64,000 nucleotides of DNA, from positions 256,001-320,000 of the forward strand of contig CAWBYW010000009.1 of assembly GCA_963792965.1 (NCBI GenBank), written 5' to 3'. The stretch is from an uncultured delta proteobacterium (lineage in GTDB: Bacteria; Desulfobacterota; Zymogenia; Zymogenales; Zymogenaceae). The translations under genes and the position numbers were made by a program. Of the stretch, positions 49,441-64,000 are shown piece after piece. The notes under the pieces were generated by a model. It did no database searches and had not been told where the DNA came from. It saw nothing but the letters and a program-made list of their open reading frames with translations. Position 1 is the first letter of the stretch, and every line of letters begins with the position of its first letter.

Positions 49441-50775
49441 TTACGCGCGTCTTCCCCTGATCCTTCCCTTCTTGAGGAATCCCTCGTAATTTCGCGTGAT
49501 CATGTGTGTCTCGATCTGTTGGGCGGTGTCCAGCGCAACACCCACGACAATCAACAAAGCCGTGCCGCCGAAGTAAAACGGAACCTGGAAATAGGCGACC
49601 AGAAACGTCGGCAGAACGCAGACCGCCGAGACATAGAACGCCCCGACCAGCGTGATTCTGGTGAGCACCTTATCGATATATTCGGACGTCCTTTTGCCCG
49701 GCCGGATCCCGGGAATGAATCCGCCGTATCGTTTCATGTTATCGGCCACATCAACCGGGTTGAAAGTGACGGCCGTATAGAAATAGCAGAAGAATATGAT
49801 CAGCACCACGTAACAGACGTTATAGACAAGATGCGTCGGGTAAAACGAGTTTGCCAGCGTACTGAGCCACGGGTGCGCATCCTTCAAATCGGCCGGTAGA
49901 AAGCCCGATATCGTCAGCGGGAACATGAGTATCGACGAGGCGAAGATAGGCGGAATAACGCCCGAGGTGTTGATCCTCAACGGCAAATGCGTGCTGGACC
50001 CGCCGTACATCTTGCGCCCCACCACCCGCTTGGCATATTGGACCGGGAGCCTCCTTTGCCCCCGCTCCATAAAGATAATCGCGGCAACCACCAACACCAT
50101 CGCCGCAATGATCGCCAATACCACCAGTATGCCGATCTGGTTGGACTGGATGGTGACAATCCACTCGATGATCGCCGCCGGCATCCGCGCCACGATTCCG
50201 GCAAATATGATGAGCGAGATGCCGTTTCCGATCCCCCGCTCGGTAATTTGCTCGCCCAGCCACATGATGAAGGCGGTGCCCGCGGTCAGCGTAATCATCG
50301 TCATGAGGCGGAAGGACCAGCCCGGATCAAGGACGACCGGATCGCCGATGGGCGACTGCATCTGCTCCAACCCGAAGCTGATACCGAAGGCCTGGATAGC
50401 GGAAAGGATAACCGTCCCATAACGGGTATACTGGGTGATTTTCTTCCTCCCCGATTCCCCTTCTTTACTCAGTCGCTCCAGATGGGGGATGACGACCGTC
50501 AGAAGCTGCAGGATGATCGACGCACTGATATAGGGCATGATCCCGAGGGCAAAGACCGAGAGGTTTCTCAATCCGCCGCCTGAGAACATATCGAAAAACC
50601 CAAAGAGCGTCCCCTGGGCATTCTTGGGCTCGAAGAAGGACGCCAGCGCCTGGGTGTCGATTCCCGGGGTCGGGATGTGCACGCCGATCCGATAAACCGC
50701 CAGCAGGAGCAGGGAAATCAGAATTCGGTTTTTCAGCTCGGGGATCTTAAAGATATTCGTGAATCCTTGAGCCAC
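49441..50775 (-). CDS. secY: preprotein translocase SecY
   Basis: [40 protein letters not shown]. Confidence 0.99.
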   Translation of the reverse strand: MAQGFTNIFKIPELKNRILISLLLLAVYRIGVHIPTPGIDTQALASFFEPKNAQGTLFGFFDMFSGGGLRNLSVFALGIMPYISASIILQLLTVVIPHLERLSKEGESGRKKITQYTRYGTVILSAIQAFGISFGLEQMQSPIGDPVVLDPGWSFRLMTMITLTAGTAFIMWLGEQITERGIGNGISLIIFAGIVARMPAAIIEWIVTIQSNQIGILVVLAIIAAMVLVVAAIIFMERGQRRLPVQYAKRVVGRKMYGGSSTHLPLRINTSGVIPPIFASSILMFPLTISGFLPADLKDAHPWLSTLANSFYPTHLVYNVCYVVLIIFFCYFYTAVTFNPVDVADNMKRYGGFIPGIRPGKRTSEYIDKVLTRITLVGAFYVSAVCVLPTFLVAYFQVPFYFGGTALLIVVGVALDTAQQIETHMITRNYEGFLKKGRIRGRRA

Positions 50776-50776
50776 G

Positions 50777-51214
50777 TTAAATCACCTCCGCCTTGCCTCC
50801 GCCGGCCTCGATTTTTTCCTTGGCATTCTGTGAGAACTTATGAGCCTTAACCGTTAAGGGTTTCTTGAGCTCACCCACGCCCAGAATCTTGACCCCGTCT
50901 TTCGCCTTCTTGATCTTTCCTGACGAAATCAGCGCGGGGATATCCACCACTCCCTTGACCTCGAGCTTTTCGAGGTCCCTCAGATTGAGCAGGGCATATT
51001 CTTTCTTGAAGATATTTGTAAATCCACGTTTGGGGAGCCTCCTGGCCAGTGGCATCTGCCCGCCCTCAAACCCGGGTCGAAGCGACGGTGATGAGCGGGA
51101 CTTCTGACCTTTATTCCCCTTGCCGGCGGTCTTCCCCCAGCTTGCCTCGCCCCTGCCGATCCTCTTCTTACCTTTTACCGCCCCTTTCGGGGGTTTAAGG
51201 CTTTTAAGGTCCAT
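50777..51214 (-). CDS. rplO: 50S ribosomal protein L15
   Basis: [18 protein letters not shown]; ATG 51214. Confidence 0.98.
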   Translation of the reverse strand: MDLKSLKPPKGAVKGKKRIGRGEASWGKTAGKGNKGQKSRSSPSLRPGFEGGQMPLARRLPKRGFTNIFKKEYALLNLRDLEKLEVKGVVDIPALISSGKIKKAKDGVKILGVGELKKPLTVKAHKFSQNAKEKIEAGGGKAEVI

Positions 51215-51216
51215 AG

Positions 51217-51411
51217 CTAACTCTCCTGTACTTCCACGAGGTGAATGACCTTGTGGATCATCCCCCACGTCTCCGGCGTATCGGGAAGCTCGACGATGCG
51301 GTTCATCTTTCCCAATCCCATGGACTTGAGGATGATCTTATGTGTGAGGGGTCTTCCGATGCCGCTCCTGACCTGCTTGACCCGAACGGTCTTCTTTTTT
51401 TCCTTTGCCAT
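51217..51411 (-). CDS. rpmD: 50S ribosomal protein L30
   Basis: VRSGIGR...[10 protein letters not shown]; operon position. Confidence 0.96.
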   Translation of the reverse strand: MAKEKKKTVRVKQVRSGIGRPLTHKIILKSMGLGKMNRIVELPDTPETWGMIHKVIHLVEVQES

Positions 51412-51414
51412 ACG

Positions 51415-51921
51415 CTACTTTACCTCTTGGCCCATCTCGCTGAGGGGCTTTCCTCTCATCTGGGCGATCGTCTCGGGGTGTTTGAGGCTCGCGAGTCCTG
51501 CAATGGTCGCTTTGACCAGATTATGGGGGTTGTGCGACCCAAGGCATTTGGTCAGGATGTTTCTTATCCCCGCCGTCTCGACCACCGCCCTTACAGCGCC
51601 ACCCGCGATGATGCCGGTACCTTCGCTGGCGGGCATCAACAAGACCCTACCGGCCCCGAATCTTCCGATCACGTCGTATGGAATAGTCGAGCCGACGATC
51701 GGTACCTGGATCAGATTTTTCTTGGCCTTCTCGATCCCCTTTCGTATCGCGTCGGGCACCTCGTGGGCCTTTCCCATTCCCCAGCCGACACGGCCGTTGC
51801 CGTCACCAACCACGACGATAGCGGAAAACGAAAAGCGTCTCCCACCCTTGACAACCTTGGCCACCCGGTTGATGTGGACGACCCTGTCCTGGAATTCTTG
51901 TTCTGTCGCTGTAAAAGACAT
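51415..51921 (-). CDS. rpsE: 30S ribosomal protein S5
   Basis: [22 protein letters not shown]. Confidence 0.99.
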   Translation of the reverse strand: MSFTATEQEFQDRVVHINRVAKVVKGGRRFSFSAIVVVGDGNGRVGWGMGKAHEVPDAIRKGIEKAKKNLIQVPIVGSTIPYDVIGRFGAGRVLLMPASEGTGIIAGGAVRAVVETAGIRNILTKCLGSHNPHNLVKATIAGLASLKHPETIAQMRGKPLSEMGQEVK

Positions 51922-51938
51922 CTTATTTTCCCCTCAAT

Positions 51939-52307
51939 TCAGAACTCGAGGCCCCCTTCCCGGGCGGCTTCGGCCAACGCCTGAACCCTTCCGTGATAGA
52001 GGTAGCCACCCCTATCAAAGACCACCCGTTTTATCTTCAGCTTTTTGGCCTTTTGGGCAAGCAGCGCGCCGACCTGTTTTGAGGCCTCTTTGTTGCCACC
52101 CGTCTTGAATTTCCCGGCCAAATCCTTGTCGAGGCTCGATGCGCATAAGAGCGTGGTCCCATGCACGTCGTCGATGACTTGTGCATAGATATGCCGTGCG
52201 CTCCGAAAAACCGAAAGCCTCGGCCTGTCCGGTGTCCCCTTGATTTTTAATCTGATTCTCTTTTTCCTTCTCAGCCGTCCGAAGACCCGCTTGGTTAACC
52301 TCTTCAC
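51939..52307 (-). CDS. rplR: 50S ribosomal protein L18
   Basis: [21 protein letters not shown]. Confidence 0.99.
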   Translation of the reverse strand: MKRLTKRVFGRLRRKKRIRLKIKGTPDRPRLSVFRSARHIYAQVIDDVHGTTLLCASSLDKDLAGKFKTGGNKEASKQVGALLAQKAKKLKIKRVVFDRGGYLYHGRVQALAEAAREGGLEF

Positions 52308-52318
52308 CGTATTACTCC

Positions 52319-52855
52319 TTATGCTCCGGCCTTACCGGCTTTACGCCTGATCTTCTCACCGGCGTATCGAATACCCTTGCCCTTGTACGGTTCGGGCTTT
52401 CTGATGGACCTAATGTTCGCAGCGACCTGGCCGACCTTTTGTTTATCGATCCCCTTGAGCGTGATGATGGTGTTCTTCTCGATGGAGGCCGTGATCCCCT
52501 CCGGAAGAGGGAACCTGACCGAGTGAGAGAATCCCACGTTCAATATGACAGTGCCGCCGTCAACCTCCGCCTTGTAGCCCAGGCCGCTGATCTCCAGGAC
52601 CTTGCTGATTCCCTCCGAGACGCCGACCACCATATTATTGAGGAGCGATCGGCTGAGTCCCTGGAACGACCGGGCTTTTCTGCTCTGGTCCTGGGTGACA
52701 ACCAGAAGCTCGCCTCCCGCCACTTCTGCCTTCACCGCCCCAACGAGGGTCTGGTTCAGCGTACCCTTCGGCCCGACGACCTTCACGTTCGATCCCTGTA
52801 CCTCGACGGTAACCCCCGAAGGTATGGTAATCGGTTTCTTTCCAATCCGTGACAT
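52319..52855 (-). CDS. rplF: 50S ribosomal protein L6
   Basis: [15 protein letters not shown]. Confidence 0.99.
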   Translation of the reverse strand: MSRIGKKPITIPSGVTVEVQGSNVKVVGPKGTLNQTLVGAVKAEVAGGELLVVTQDQSRKARSFQGLSRSLLNNMVVGVSEGISKVLEISGLGYKAEVDGGTVILNVGFSHSVRFPLPEGITASIEKNTIITLKGIDKQKVGQVAANIRSIRKPEPYKGKGIRYAGEKIRRKAGKAGA

Positions 52856-52979
52856 GGTGTACCTATTGTTATAAATCCGTGCTATTTAGGATAAGGGCTT
52901 TTCACGCAACACCCTCAAAACAATTCCCGGAGGCCGGCCCCCTCGCCCGGCCCATTGCCGGCCCTGCGCGACGCAACGC

Positions 52980-53378
52980 CTACCAGACCTTGCAGATAAC
53001 CTCGCCGCCGACCTGTATCCTCCGCGCCTCCTTATCCGTGATCACACCTCTGGATGTGGAGAGGATGGCGATCCCGTATCCTCGGAGAACGAAGGGGATC
53101 TTGTTCTTGTCGACGTATACCCGGCGGCCGGGTTTTGAGATCCGCTGGATCTTGCTGATTACACCGTCCTTGCCCCGGTCGTATTTGAGGTGGATCCTCA
53201 GGATATTCTGCTTGTTGTCCTCCAAGACCTTATAACTTTCGACGTATCCTTCCTGTACAAGGATCTTTGCGATCGACTCCTTGATCTTCGAGAAGGGCAT
53301 ATCGACGATCTCAAACTTTGCGGTGACGCCGTTTCTGACACGGGTCAACATATCGGCGATCGGGTCCGTCATGCTCAT
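52980..53378 (-). CDS. rpsH: 30S ribosomal protein S8
   Basis: DPIADMLTR, SKPGRRVY. Confidence 0.99.
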   Translation of the reverse strand: MSMTDPIADMLTRVRNGVTAKFEIVDMPFSKIKESIAKILVQEGYVESYKVLEDNKQNILRIHLKYDRGKDGVISKIQRISKPGRRVYVDKNKIPFVLRGYGIAILSTSRGVITDKEARRIQVGGEVICKVW

Positions 53379-53395
53379 AGTTCAATACCTCTCGC

Positions 53396-53581
53396 TTACC
53401 AACTCGATTTTATCACTCCGGGGATATCACCCTTTGAGGCAAGCTGCCTCAGACATATTCGGCACATATCGAACTTCCGGTAATACCCCCTCGGCCTCCC
53501 GCAAATGGGGCAGCGATTATACCGTCTGGACGAAAATTTCTGCTTTCGCTTCGCCTTGGCGATCAGTGACTTCTTTGCCAC
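53396..53581 (-). CDS. rpsN: 30S ribosomal protein S14 (Zn-binding short type)
   Basis: RCPICGRPR...CRIC...KSSW. Confidence 0.98.
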   Translation of the reverse strand: MAKKSLIAKAKRKQKFSSRRYNRCPICGRPRGYYRKFDMCRICLRQLASKGDIPGVIKSSW

Positions 53582-53596
53582 AAGACTACTCCTTTG

Positions 53597-54139
53597 TTAT
53601 TGAGCGGCAAAGGGCATGCCGAGATATCCGAGGAGGGACCGGGCCTCCTGGTCCGTCTTTGCCGTAGTGACGATGGTAATGTTCATGCCCTTTATCTTAT
53701 CGATCTTATCGTAGCTGATCTCCGGAAAAATGATCTGCTCCCTGATCCCGAAGGTATAGTTTCCCCTCCCGTCGAAGCCCTTCGGGGAAATCCCCCGAAA
53801 GTCCCTGACGCGCGGCAGGGCCACGTTGACGAGCCGATCGAGAAACTCGTACATCTTTTCGCGCCTGAGCGTCACCGAGCAGCCGATCGGGTTGCCCTCT
53901 CTCAGCTTGAAGTTCGCGATCGATTTACGTGCCCTCGTAATAACGGGCTTCTGTCCCGCTATGAGGGATATCTCCTCGGCGGCGCTGTCAAGTATTTTAA
54001 TGTTCGACAGTGCCTCTCCCAGACCCATGTTGACGATGATCTTCGTGATCTTCGGGACCTCCATAACATTCTTGTAACTGAAGTCCTTGGTCAGACGGGA
54101 GACAATTTCCTGTTTATAATAGTCCTTCAAACGTGCCAT
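53597..54139 (-). CDS. rplE: 50S ribosomal protein L5
   Basis: [16 protein letters not shown]. Confidence 0.99.
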   Translation of the reverse strand: MARLKDYYKQEIVSRLTKDFSYKNVMEVPKITKIIVNMGLGEALSNIKILDSAAEEISLIAGQKPVITRARKSIANFKLREGNPIGCSVTLRREKMYEFLDRLVNVALPRVRDFRGISPKGFDGRGNYTFGIREQIIFPEISYDKIDKIKGMNITIVTTAKTDQEARSLLGYLGMPFAAQ

Positions 54140-54150
54140 TTCGTCACCAC

Positions 54151-54483
54151 TTACTTATCGTCGAGTATTTCGTCACAGCTTTTGCAGTACCTTGTCTTCG
54201 TACCGTCTTCCAGCTCCTTCTTTCCCACCTTGACGGGGAGGCTACACTTCGGACACACCAACATGACGTTGGAGATATGGATTGGCCCTTCCTTTTCGAT
54301 GATTCCACCCTGCCGGTGTACGGCGCTGGGCCTGACATGTCTCTTGATGAAGTTGACCTTTTCCACGAATATCTTTCCCTTTTCCCGGTCAACCTTGATG
54401 ACCTTTCCCTTCTTGCCCTTATGCTTGCCCGATATCACCTGGACGGTATCGTTCTTCTTTATCCGAGTTCTTATGAGGTCCAT
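54151..54483 (-). CDS. rplX: 50S ribosomal protein L24
   Basis: [19 protein letters not shown]. Confidence 0.98.
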   Translation of the reverse strand: MDLIRTRIKKNDTVQVISGKHKGKKGKVIKVDREKGKIFVEKVNFIKRHVRPSAVHRQGGIIEKEGPIHISNVMLVCPKCSLPVKVGKKELEDGTKTRYCKSCDEILDDK

Positions 54484-54500
54484 TAATTCCTCCGTATCCC

Positions 54501-54869
54501 TTAGAGAACCTCTGGGGCAAGGGAAATGATCTTCATGAATCGTTTTGCTCTCAGTTCCCTGGCCACCGGGCCGAAGATCCGGGTCCCGATCGGTTCGTTC
54601 TGGTTGTTGATCAGGACCGCGGAGTTATCGTCGAACTTGATGTAGGTCCCGTCCGGCCTCCTGACCTCTTTCTTCGTCCGGACGATAACCGCCTTAACGA
54701 CGTCCCCCTTCTTGACTTTACCGGTCGGGATCGCTTCTCTGACCGAGACCGTTACCACGTCTCCCAGCGCGGCGTATTTCCTCTTTGATCCGCCCAGCAC
54801 CTTAATGGTAAAGAGCTTGCGTGCACCTGAGTTATCCGCCACATTCAATAGGGTCTGCATCTGTATCAT
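54501..54869 (-). CDS. rplN: 50S ribosomal protein L14
   Basis: [19 protein letters not shown]. Confidence 0.99.
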   Translation of the reverse strand: MIQMQTLLNVADNSGARKLFTIKVLGGSKRKYAALGDVVTVSVREAIPTGKVKKGDVVKAVIVRTKKEVRRPDGTYIKFDDNSAVLINNQNEPIGTRIFGPVARELRAKRFMKIISLAPEVL

Positions 54870-54887
54870 CTGTCACTCCCGAGGGTC

Positions 54888-55145
54888 TTACAGGGCCTTC
54901 TCCAGGACCTCTTTGAGCACCCAGCGTTTATACCTGCTCAGCGGGCGGCTTTCCATGATCATGACCAGGTCTCCGATGCCGCATGTATTTTCGGGATCGT
55001 GGGCCATATATTTCTTTCGCCTGTTGATGAATTTCTTATATTTCGCGTGCATGAACTTTCGTTCCACCTGGACCACGATAGTCTTGTCCATCTTGTCGCT
55101 TACCACCGTACCCGTGAGGGTGCGTCGCTTGCTCTGGGTCTCCAT
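54888..55145 (-). CDS. rpsQ: 30S ribosomal protein S17
   Basis: [18 protein letters not shown]. Confidence 0.99.
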   Translation of the reverse strand: METQSKRRTLTGTVVSDKMDKTIVVQVERKFMHAKYKKFINRRKKYMAHDPENTCGIGDLVMIMESRPLSRYKRWVLKEVLEKAL

Positions 55146-55162
55146 TAGTAGTCCTTCCTCTT

Positions 55163-55354
55163 CTACGTATGCTCTTTCTCTCTGATCACGGTCAGCACCC
55201 GGGCAATTTCCCTTCGGGTCTTTCCCTTCTTCCGCTTGTCTTCGAGCTGATTTGCGGCTTTCTGAAACCTTAAGTTAAAGAGCTCCTGAGATAGGGAAAG
55301 CTCCCGTTCTTTCAGTTCACCGATGGACAACTCCCTCAGTTCACTAGCCTTCAT
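55163..55354 (-). CDS. rpmC: 50S ribosomal protein L29
   Basis: [21 protein letters not shown]. Confidence 0.97.
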   Translation of the reverse strand: MKASELRELSIGELKERELSLSQELFNLRFQKAANQLEDKRKKGKTRREIARVLTVIREKEHT

Positions 55355-55766
55355 ATTCCATGCTCCTGGTCACGAACCTCGTTTCTATCGGGAGCTTATG
55401 GGCCGCCAGCCTGAATGCCTCGCGAGCCACCTCCTCGGTCACGCCCTCCATTTCATAGAGCACGCGGCCCGGCCTTATCGTGGCCACCCACTCCTCGACG
55501 GCGCCCTTTCCCTTGCCCATCCGCGTTTCGGCGGGCTTTTTGGTGATCGGCTTGTCGGGGAAGATCCGAATCCAGATCTTTCCGCCCCTCTTGATGTGCC
55601 GTGTCATCGCGATACGCGCCGCCTCTATCTGGCGCGCGCTGAGTCTGCCCGGAGCGAGCGCCTGGAGGCCGTACTCACCGAAGCTGATCGCCGATCCCCG
55701 CTCGCGGATCCCCCTCATGCGCCCCTTTTGCTGCTTTCTGTATTTGACTTTCTTCGGCATTAACAT
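55344..55766 (-). CDS. rplP: 50S ribosomal protein L16
   Basis: RMGKGKG, KLP. Confidence 0.99.
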   Translation of the reverse strand: MLMPKKVKYRKQQKGRMRGIRERGSAISFGEYGLQALAPGRLSARQIEAARIAMTRHIKRGGKIWIRIFPDKPITKKPAETRMGKGKGAVEEWVATIRPGRVLYEMEGVTEEVAREAFRLAAHKLPIETRFVTRSMEYEG

Positions 55767-55778
55767 GGTATGATCCTC

Positions 55779-56426
55779 CTACAGCGAGCGCGCTTTATCG
55801 CCCGGTAACACCTCGCCGTTGAATACCCAGACCTTGATCCCGATAATCCCGTAGGTCGTCCGGGCGACGGCGGTGCCGTAGTCGATGTCCGCCCTGAGGG
55901 TGTGCAGGGGAACCCTGCCCTCGCGGTACCATTCCCGGCGCGCCATCTCCGCCCCACCGAGCCTCCCGGCACAGGCGATCTTGATCCCCTCAACGCCGAG
56001 CTTCAGGGCGGAAAAGACCGACTTTTTCATTGCGCGCCGGAACGACACTCGCCTCTCAAGCTGCGTGGCGACGTTCTCGGCGATGAGCTGTGCGTTGGCC
56101 TCGGGCTTCTTGACCTCCTTGATGTTTATGGAGATATCTCCTCCCGTCAGCTTTACGAGCTCCTTCCTGATGTTCTCGATCTCCGAACCCTTCCTCCCGA
56201 TGATGATTCCGGGCCTGGCTGTATATATGTTCACGGAGGCCCTGGCGGCCGCCCGCTCGATCTCTATCTTGGCGATACCGGCATGATTAAAGTTCTTCTT
56301 TACATATTCTCGGATGGCCAGGTCGTCGTGGAGGTTCCTCTGGTAATCTTTCATACCATACCACTTGGAATTCCAATCCTTTATGATACCCAGCCTCAGA
56401 CTTATGGGATTTACCTTCTGACCCAC
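55779..56426 (-). CDS. rpsC: 30S ribosomal protein S3
   Basis: [19 protein letters not shown]; true start GTG 56426 with GGAGG SD. Confidence 0.98.
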   Translation of the reverse strand: MGQKVNPISLRLGIIKDWNSKWYGMKDYQRNLHDDLAIREYVKKNFNHAGIAKIEIERAAARASVNIYTARPGIIIGRKGSEIENIRKELVKLTGGDISINIKEVKKPEANAQLIAENVATQLERRVSFRRAMKKSVFSALKLGVEGIKIACAGRLGGAEMARREWYREGRVPLHTLRADIDYGTAVARTTYGIIGIKVWVFNGEVLPGDKARSL

Positions 56427-56439
56427 TGTGCTCCTCCCT

Positions 56440-56772
56440 TTACTTCTCGTCGAGGACCACGGTGATATGGCTGGTCCTCTTGAAGATGCGATTGAACCTC
56501 CCCATTGATCTCGGCCGGAACCGTTTCCACGTGGGGCCCTCATCGACGAAGATCCGGTGGACATAAAGATTGTCCACGTCGATCTCCTTGTTCTGACCGG
56601 CATTTGCAACGGCACTGTCGATCAGCTTCTTCACGACGGTGGACGCCTTCTTATCGGTCAGGGAAAGAATATCCCTGGCCTCCCCGACACGCTTCCCCCG
56701 CACCATATCCACCACCAGCCTGACCTTGAAGGGAGAGATCCTTACAAATCGTGTCTTTGCCGTCATTTCCAT
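56440..56772 (-). CDS. rplV: 50S ribosomal protein L22
   Basis: [24 protein letters not shown]. Confidence 0.99.
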   Translation of the reverse strand: MEMTAKTRFVRISPFKVRLVVDMVRGKRVGEARDILSLTDKKASTVVKKLIDSAVANAGQNKEIDVDNLYVHRIFVDEGPTWKRFRPRSMGRFNRIFKRTSHITVVLDEK

Positions 56773-56784
56773 GGTCTTCCCCCG

Positions 56785-57075
56785 TTATCTCTTCTTGCCC
56801 CTGAGCTTCGACTTCTTGTCGGCGGCGTGGCCGAAAAATGTCCGCGTGGGCGAAAATTCCCCCAATTTGTAACCCACCATGTTCTCGGTGACAAACACGG
56901 GTATGAACTTCCTCCCGTTGTGGATCGCGATCGTCAGCCCCACCATCTCCGGGATAATCGTAGATCGCCGCGACCATGTCTTGATGACCTGGCGGTCGCC
57001 GGTGTTCTGGGAATGGGTTACCTTCTTCATCAGATGGTCGTCGATAAACGGACCTTTTTTGAGGGATCGTGACAT
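56785..57075 (-). CDS. rpsS: 30S ribosomal protein S19
   Basis: [17 protein letters not shown]. Confidence 0.99.
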   Translation of the reverse strand: MSRSLKKGPFIDDHLMKKVTHSQNTGDRQVIKTWSRRSTIIPEMVGLTIAIHNGRKFIPVFVTENMVGYKLGEFSPTRTFFGHAADKKSKLRGKKR

Positions 57076-57077
57076 AC

Positions 57078-57899
57078 TCAGCTTCTCCTCTTCACGATAA
57101 ACCTATCGGTCGTCTTGTTCTTTCGTGTCTTGTGCCCCTTCGTGGGAACTCCCCAGGGTGTTACCGGGTGCCGGCCTCCCGAGGTCTTCCCCTCACCACC
57201 GCCGTGGGGATGGTCGATGGGGTTCATGGCAACACCGCGAACCTTCGGCCTCTTGCCCAGCCATCGGGAGCGCCCGGCCTTGCCTATGCTGATGTTTCCG
57301 TGATCCGCGTTCCCCACGACCCCGATCGTCGCGATACACTCTTTGCGGACCATGCGCACCTCGTTGCTGGGAAGCTTCAGCTGGACATAATCGCCCTCTT
57401 TGGCCATGAGCTGGGCCGATGCCCCTGCCGACCGCACGATCTGCCCGCCCTTTCCCGGTTTGAGCTCGATGTTATGGACCTGGGTGCCGAGGGGAATGTT
57501 CTTCAGCGGCATAGCGTTTCCGGGCTTCACCTCCGCGCTCTCGGAGACGAGTAGTTCCTCGCCGACCGAAAGGCCTTGGGGCGCGATGATATAGCGCTTC
57601 TCGCCGTCGGCATAGAAGAGCAATGCGATCCGGGCCGACCGGTTCGGGTCGTACTCGATGGAGTGGACCTTGGCCGGGATCTCGTACTTGTCCCGCTTGA
57701 AATCGATGATCCGGTAGCGCCGCTTCTGCCCGCCGCCACGCCGCCGCATGGTGATGACCCCGGCATTATTCCTCCCTCCCGAGCTCTTTGAGGGGAGGAC
57801 GAGGGCCCTTTCCGGTTTCTTCTTGGTCAGATCGGAAAAATCCGCGACCTCTTGAAATCTTCGCGCGGGCGATGTGGGTTTGTATCTCTTGACGGCCAT
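57078..57899 (-). CDS. rplB: 50S ribosomal protein L2
   Basis: [25 protein letters not shown]. Confidence 0.99.
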   Translation of the reverse strand: MAVKRYKPTSPARRFQEVADFSDLTKKKPERALVLPSKSSGGRNNAGVITMRRRGGGQKRRYRIIDFKRDKYEIPAKVHSIEYDPNRSARIALLFYADGEKRYIIAPQGLSVGEELLVSESAEVKPGNAMPLKNIPLGTQVHNIELKPGKGGQIVRSAGASAQLMAKEGDYVQLKLPSNEVRMVRKECIATIGVVGNADHGNISIGKAGRSRWLGKRPKVRGVAMNPIDHPHGGGEGKTSGGRHPVTPWGVPTKGHKTRKNKTTDRFIVKRRS

Positions 57900-57904
57900 T
57901 TCAG

Positions 57905-58195
57905 TTATACCCCTTCAAAGAATTCGATCCGCTCTCCGGGTTTGAGGCGAACAATCGCCTTCTTCCAATCGGGAAGCCTGCCCGAAAAACGTCCGAGTCT
58001 CTTCATTTTCCCCCTGACCTTTATGGTCTTGACTTCCACCACCTTCTTGTTGAAGATCTTCTCGACGGCCTTTCTGACCTCGACCTTCGTGGCCCAGAGG
58101 GGAACACGAAACGTCACCTGCTGCGCATTCTCTTTTTGGGTGTTGCTCTTCTCGGTGATGATCGGCATTAACAGAATATCGTAATTATTTTTCAT
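57905..58195 (-). CDS. rplW: 50S ribosomal protein L23
   Basis: PIITEKS, WKKAIV. Confidence 0.98.
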   Translation of the reverse strand: MKNNYDILLMPIITEKSNTQKENAQQVTFRVPLWATKVEVRKAVEKIFNKKVVEVKTIKVRGKMKRLGRFSGRLPDWKKAIVRLKPGERIEFFEGV

Positions 58196-58812
58196 GATAG
58201 CGCCTTGTCTATGGTTTCCAGGGCACTCCGGGTGATTACGAGGGTATCAAACCGAAGAATATCAAAGACGTTGAGCCCTACGGCCATCAGGACCTTCACC
58301 TCGCGGATATTCCGTGCGGAAAGCTCGAGGTTCCTGTCATGCTCGGCCACGACGATGAGCGACTTTTTCAGCCCCAGCTTCTCCATAATCTGGAGAAAAT
58401 GTTTAGTCTTGACTTCGGGTAGATCGAACTTCTCGACGACAATGAGTTGATTATCGTTGAGCTTCTTGGCGAGCGCGGACCTGAGGGCGGCTTTCCTCAC
58501 CTTCTTGGGGATCTTGTACGCATAGTCCCTCGGCTTGGGGCCGAAGATGGTGCCGCCGCCGGTCCAGAGGGGAGATCTGGTCGAGCCCGCGCGGGCGCGC
58601 CCCGTTCCCTTCTGCCGATACGGCTTTTTCCCACCGCCGGATACCTCAGCACGGGTCTTTGTGGAAGCGGTGCCTCTTCTCCTGTTGGCAAGCTGCATCC
58701 TGACGACGTCGTAAAAGAGGTGCTCTTTGATCTCACCCGAAAAAACCGACGGGTTCAGATCAATCGACGATACAACCTCTTTATTCGAATTATAGACATC
58801 AACCTTTGGCAT
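58192..58812 (-). CDS. rplD: 50S ribosomal protein L4
   Basis: [18 protein letters not shown]. Confidence 0.99.
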   Translation of the reverse strand: MPKVDVYNSNKEVVSSIDLNPSVFSGEIKEHLFYDVVRMQLANRRRGTASTKTRAEVSGGGKKPYRQKGTGRARAGSTRSPLWTGGGTIFGPKPRDYAYKIPKKVRKAALRSALAKKLNDNQLIVVEKFDLPEVKTKHFLQIMEKLGLKKSLIVVAEHDRNLELSARNIREVKVLMAVGLNVFDILRFDTLVITRSALETIDKALS

Positions 58813-58827
58813 CGGTCCACTCCCCGT

Positions 58828-59460
58828 TTAGCTGATCCCTTTTATCAATACGATTCCGTTCTTGCCCCCCGGCACCGCACCCCGAATCAGGATGAGATTC
58901 TTTTCTCCCTTGATATCAACGATCGAGAGGTCCTTGACGGTCACCCTCGTGTCGCCGAGGTGCCCGGGAAGCTTGCGTCCCTTGAAGGTTCTCGAGGGAT
59001 CCGCGCACATCCCGATAGAGCCTGGCGCCCGGTGGAAACGAGAGCCGTGGGTAGCACGGCCGCCGTGGAAACCCCATCGCCTGACGACGCCGGCAAACCC
59101 CCTCCCCTTGGAAACACCCACCACATCGACAAGGTCCCCGATCTTGAAAACCTGTGCGGCGGTGAACTCCTGTCCGGGAGTAAATTCCTCGATCTTCCCC
59201 TCGGGGACTCGAAATTCCTTGATCACCTTAAAGGCCGTGGTGCCGATCTTCTCGAACGCCCCGCGCTTGGCCTTGTTCACCTTTGCGAGGTCCTTCTTTC
59301 CGAACCCGAAGGTTACCGCGGCATATCCGTTTTTCTTGGGCGTCCTGATATCCACGACGACACACGGGCCCGCCTCAAGGACGGTAACCGGGATGTGATT
59401 TCCCGATTCGTCGAAGACCTGCGTCATGCCCAGTTTTTTTCCGATCATTCCAGTGGTCAT
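58828..59460 (-). CDS. rplC: 50S ribosomal protein L3
   Basis: [21 protein letters not shown]. Confidence 0.99.
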   Translation of the reverse strand: MTTGMIGKKLGMTQVFDESGNHIPVTVLEAGPCVVVDIRTPKKNGYAAVTFGFGKKDLAKVNKAKRGAFEKIGTTAFKVIKEFRVPEGKIEEFTPGQEFTAAQVFKIGDLVDVVGVSKGRGFAGVVRRWGFHGGRATHGSRFHRAPGSIGMCADPSRTFKGRKLPGHLGDTRVTVKDLSIVDIKGEKNLILIRGAVPGGKNGIVLIKGIS

Positions 59461-59510
59461 ATTTCCTCCCCGCCCTTCCTGGGACCCTCGGGGGAACCGT
59501 TATGTTCCAG

Positions 59511-59819
59511 CTACAGTTTAATCTCTACGTCAACTCCGGCCGACAGATCGAGCCTCATGAGGGCATCAACGGTCTGTTGGGTCGGCTCCAGGATATCAAG
59601 AATCCGCTTATGGGTCCTGATCTCGAACTGCTCACGCGATTTCTTGTCGATATGCGGCGACCTCAGCACACAGTATTTATTTATTACCGTGGGCAGCGGT
59701 ATCGGACCCGCGACCCGGGCCCCCGTCCGCTTGGCGGTCTCGATGATCTCCCCCGCCGACTGGTCCAAGAGCTTGTGGTCGTAGGCCTTCAGCTTTATGC
59801 GTATTTTTTGAGTCGGCAT
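59511..59819 (-). CDS. rpsJ: 30S ribosomal protein S10
   Basis: [22 protein letters not shown]. Confidence 0.99.
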   Translation of the reverse strand: MPTQKIRIKLKAYDHKLLDQSAGEIIETAKRTGARVAGPIPLPTVINKYCVLRSPHIDKKSREQFEIRTHKRILDILEPTQQTVDALMRLDLSAGVDVEIKL

Positions 59820-59850
59820 GAGAACACTCCTTTACGGGACAAAGCTCCCT

Positions 59851-61050
<1,200 letters not shown>

Positions 61051-61131
61051 TTCCGTATCCTCTGTCTCTCTCTAACTATTTTCCGGGCCGCTGGCCCGTT
61101 TTCCGCTCATGCCACGACCGGCAGCATCGCG

Positions 61132-63207
<2,076 letters not shown>

Positions 63208-63228
63208 GTCTCTCTTCCTTTTTGCGAC

Positions 63229-63255
63229 AAAAAAAGCCTTGTGGAAAAGGCTTTT
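63229..63255 (-). terminator. terminator-like hairpin between rpsG and fusA
   Basis: AAAAGCCTT-TTCCAC-AAGGCTTTT plus further Ts. Confidence 0.6.
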
Positions 63256-63274
63256 GATTCTCTTTTTAGGGCGG

Positions 63275-63745
63275 TTACCAGCGGTAGTGTGCGAATGCCT
63301 TATTGGCCTCGGCCATGCGGTGGGTCTCCTCCCGCTTCTTCACGGCGGCTCCCTTGTTGTTGAAGGCCTCAATGATCTCACCGGCAAGCTTGTCGCGCAT
63401 CGACTTTTCCGAGCGCCCCCGTGAATAGCGGATGAGCCAGCGAATGCCGAGGGCCTCGCGCCGGTCGGACCTGACCTCGATGGGAACCTGATACGTGGAG
63501 CCACCCACCCGCCGGGCCTTCACCTCAATGATCGGCTTGATATTATCCATAGCCTTCTTGAAAACCCGAACCGGGTCGTTCTTCGTCTTATCGGCAATGA
63601 TATCCATCGCATCGTAGAATATCTGCTCCGCGACGCTCTTCTTGCCCGTGTACATCAGGCTGTTGATGAACTTTGCCACAAGCCGGTCTTTGTACTTCGG
63701 GTCCGGCAGAATAACCCTCTTTGCTACTACGCGCCTTCTTGGCAT
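63275..63745 (-). CDS. rpsG: 30S ribosomal protein S7
   Basis: [23 protein letters not shown]. Confidence 0.99.
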   Translation of the reverse strand: MPRRRVVAKRVILPDPKYKDRLVAKFINSLMYTGKKSVAEQIFYDAMDIIADKTKNDPVRVFKKAMDNIKPIIEVKARRVGGSTYQVPIEVRSDRREALGIRWLIRYSRGRSEKSMRDKLAGEIIEAFNNKGAAVKKREETHRMAEANKAFAHYRW

Positions 63746-63921
63746 CTCTTTCCCTTACCAGTTCCAGATGAATGGTGACGTTTTCTTACTATCCAAAAGA
63801 AGGAGTCGGGACGGTTTCGCGGGCTCCTGACGCTGCCTTGCGCCCGAGCATCCCCGCACGCCCGTTCCCTCAAGAAAATCAGATCACGGTAACTTTCGAT
63901 TCGACTCTTTGTTTTCCTCTC

Positions 63922-64000
63922 TTAGGCCTTCGGCCTCTTGGCGCCGTATTTCGACCGCGATTGCTTCCGGTTGGCGACGCCGAGGGTATCCAGCGTCCCC
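63922..64000 (-). CDS. rpsL: 30S ribosomal protein S12, C-terminal end (partial)
   Basis: Manual translation GTLDTLGVANRKQSRSKYGAKRPKA*. Confidence 0.97.
   Translation of the reverse strand, partial: GTLDTLGVANRKQSRSKYGAKRPKA

Overview
GC-rich bacterial chromosome segment whose gene content and order look deltaproteobacterial (Desulfobacterota-like; inference). From 64 kb down to 44.8 kb, on the minus strand, lies the str-S10-spc-alpha ribosomal cluster (rpsL partial to rplQ), with map missing from its usual adk-infA slot. It is followed by an RND adaptor/permease, a lone ECF ATPase and a Zn-ribbon gene, then romX-like-rluD-pgeF-coaE. The middle (16-37 kb) is mixed: GGT, HtrA, V4R, RidA, tRNA-Pro(CGG), rpe, two Crp-family regulators, TetR/DUF6125, map, priA-def-fmt-rsmB-radC, two tandem outer-membrane beta-barrel paralogs and a LarA-like gene. 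The left 16 kb holds a type IV pilus locus: tgl-upstream ORF, tgl and a membrane GAF-GAF-GGDEF cyclase, then HTH-pilMNOPQ, aroCKB, a TPR gene, an MglC-like roadblock gene, aroQ and an Xaa-Pro peptidase. Most notable are (1) Myxococcus-type pilus/polarity parts (Tgl, DmxA-like cyclase, MglC-like, RomX-like) in one window, with the cyclase apparently coupled to tgl through a CTG start; (2) a duplicated barrel-protein unit bounded by 10-bp direct repeats; (3) many long fold-back intergenic elements; (4) a sharply different codon usage in tuf. Many frameshifts between 16 and 44 kb are probably sequencing or assembly indels. No CRISPR array, rRNA, transposase or integrase was seen. All family assignments come from motif recognition and recall, not database searches.
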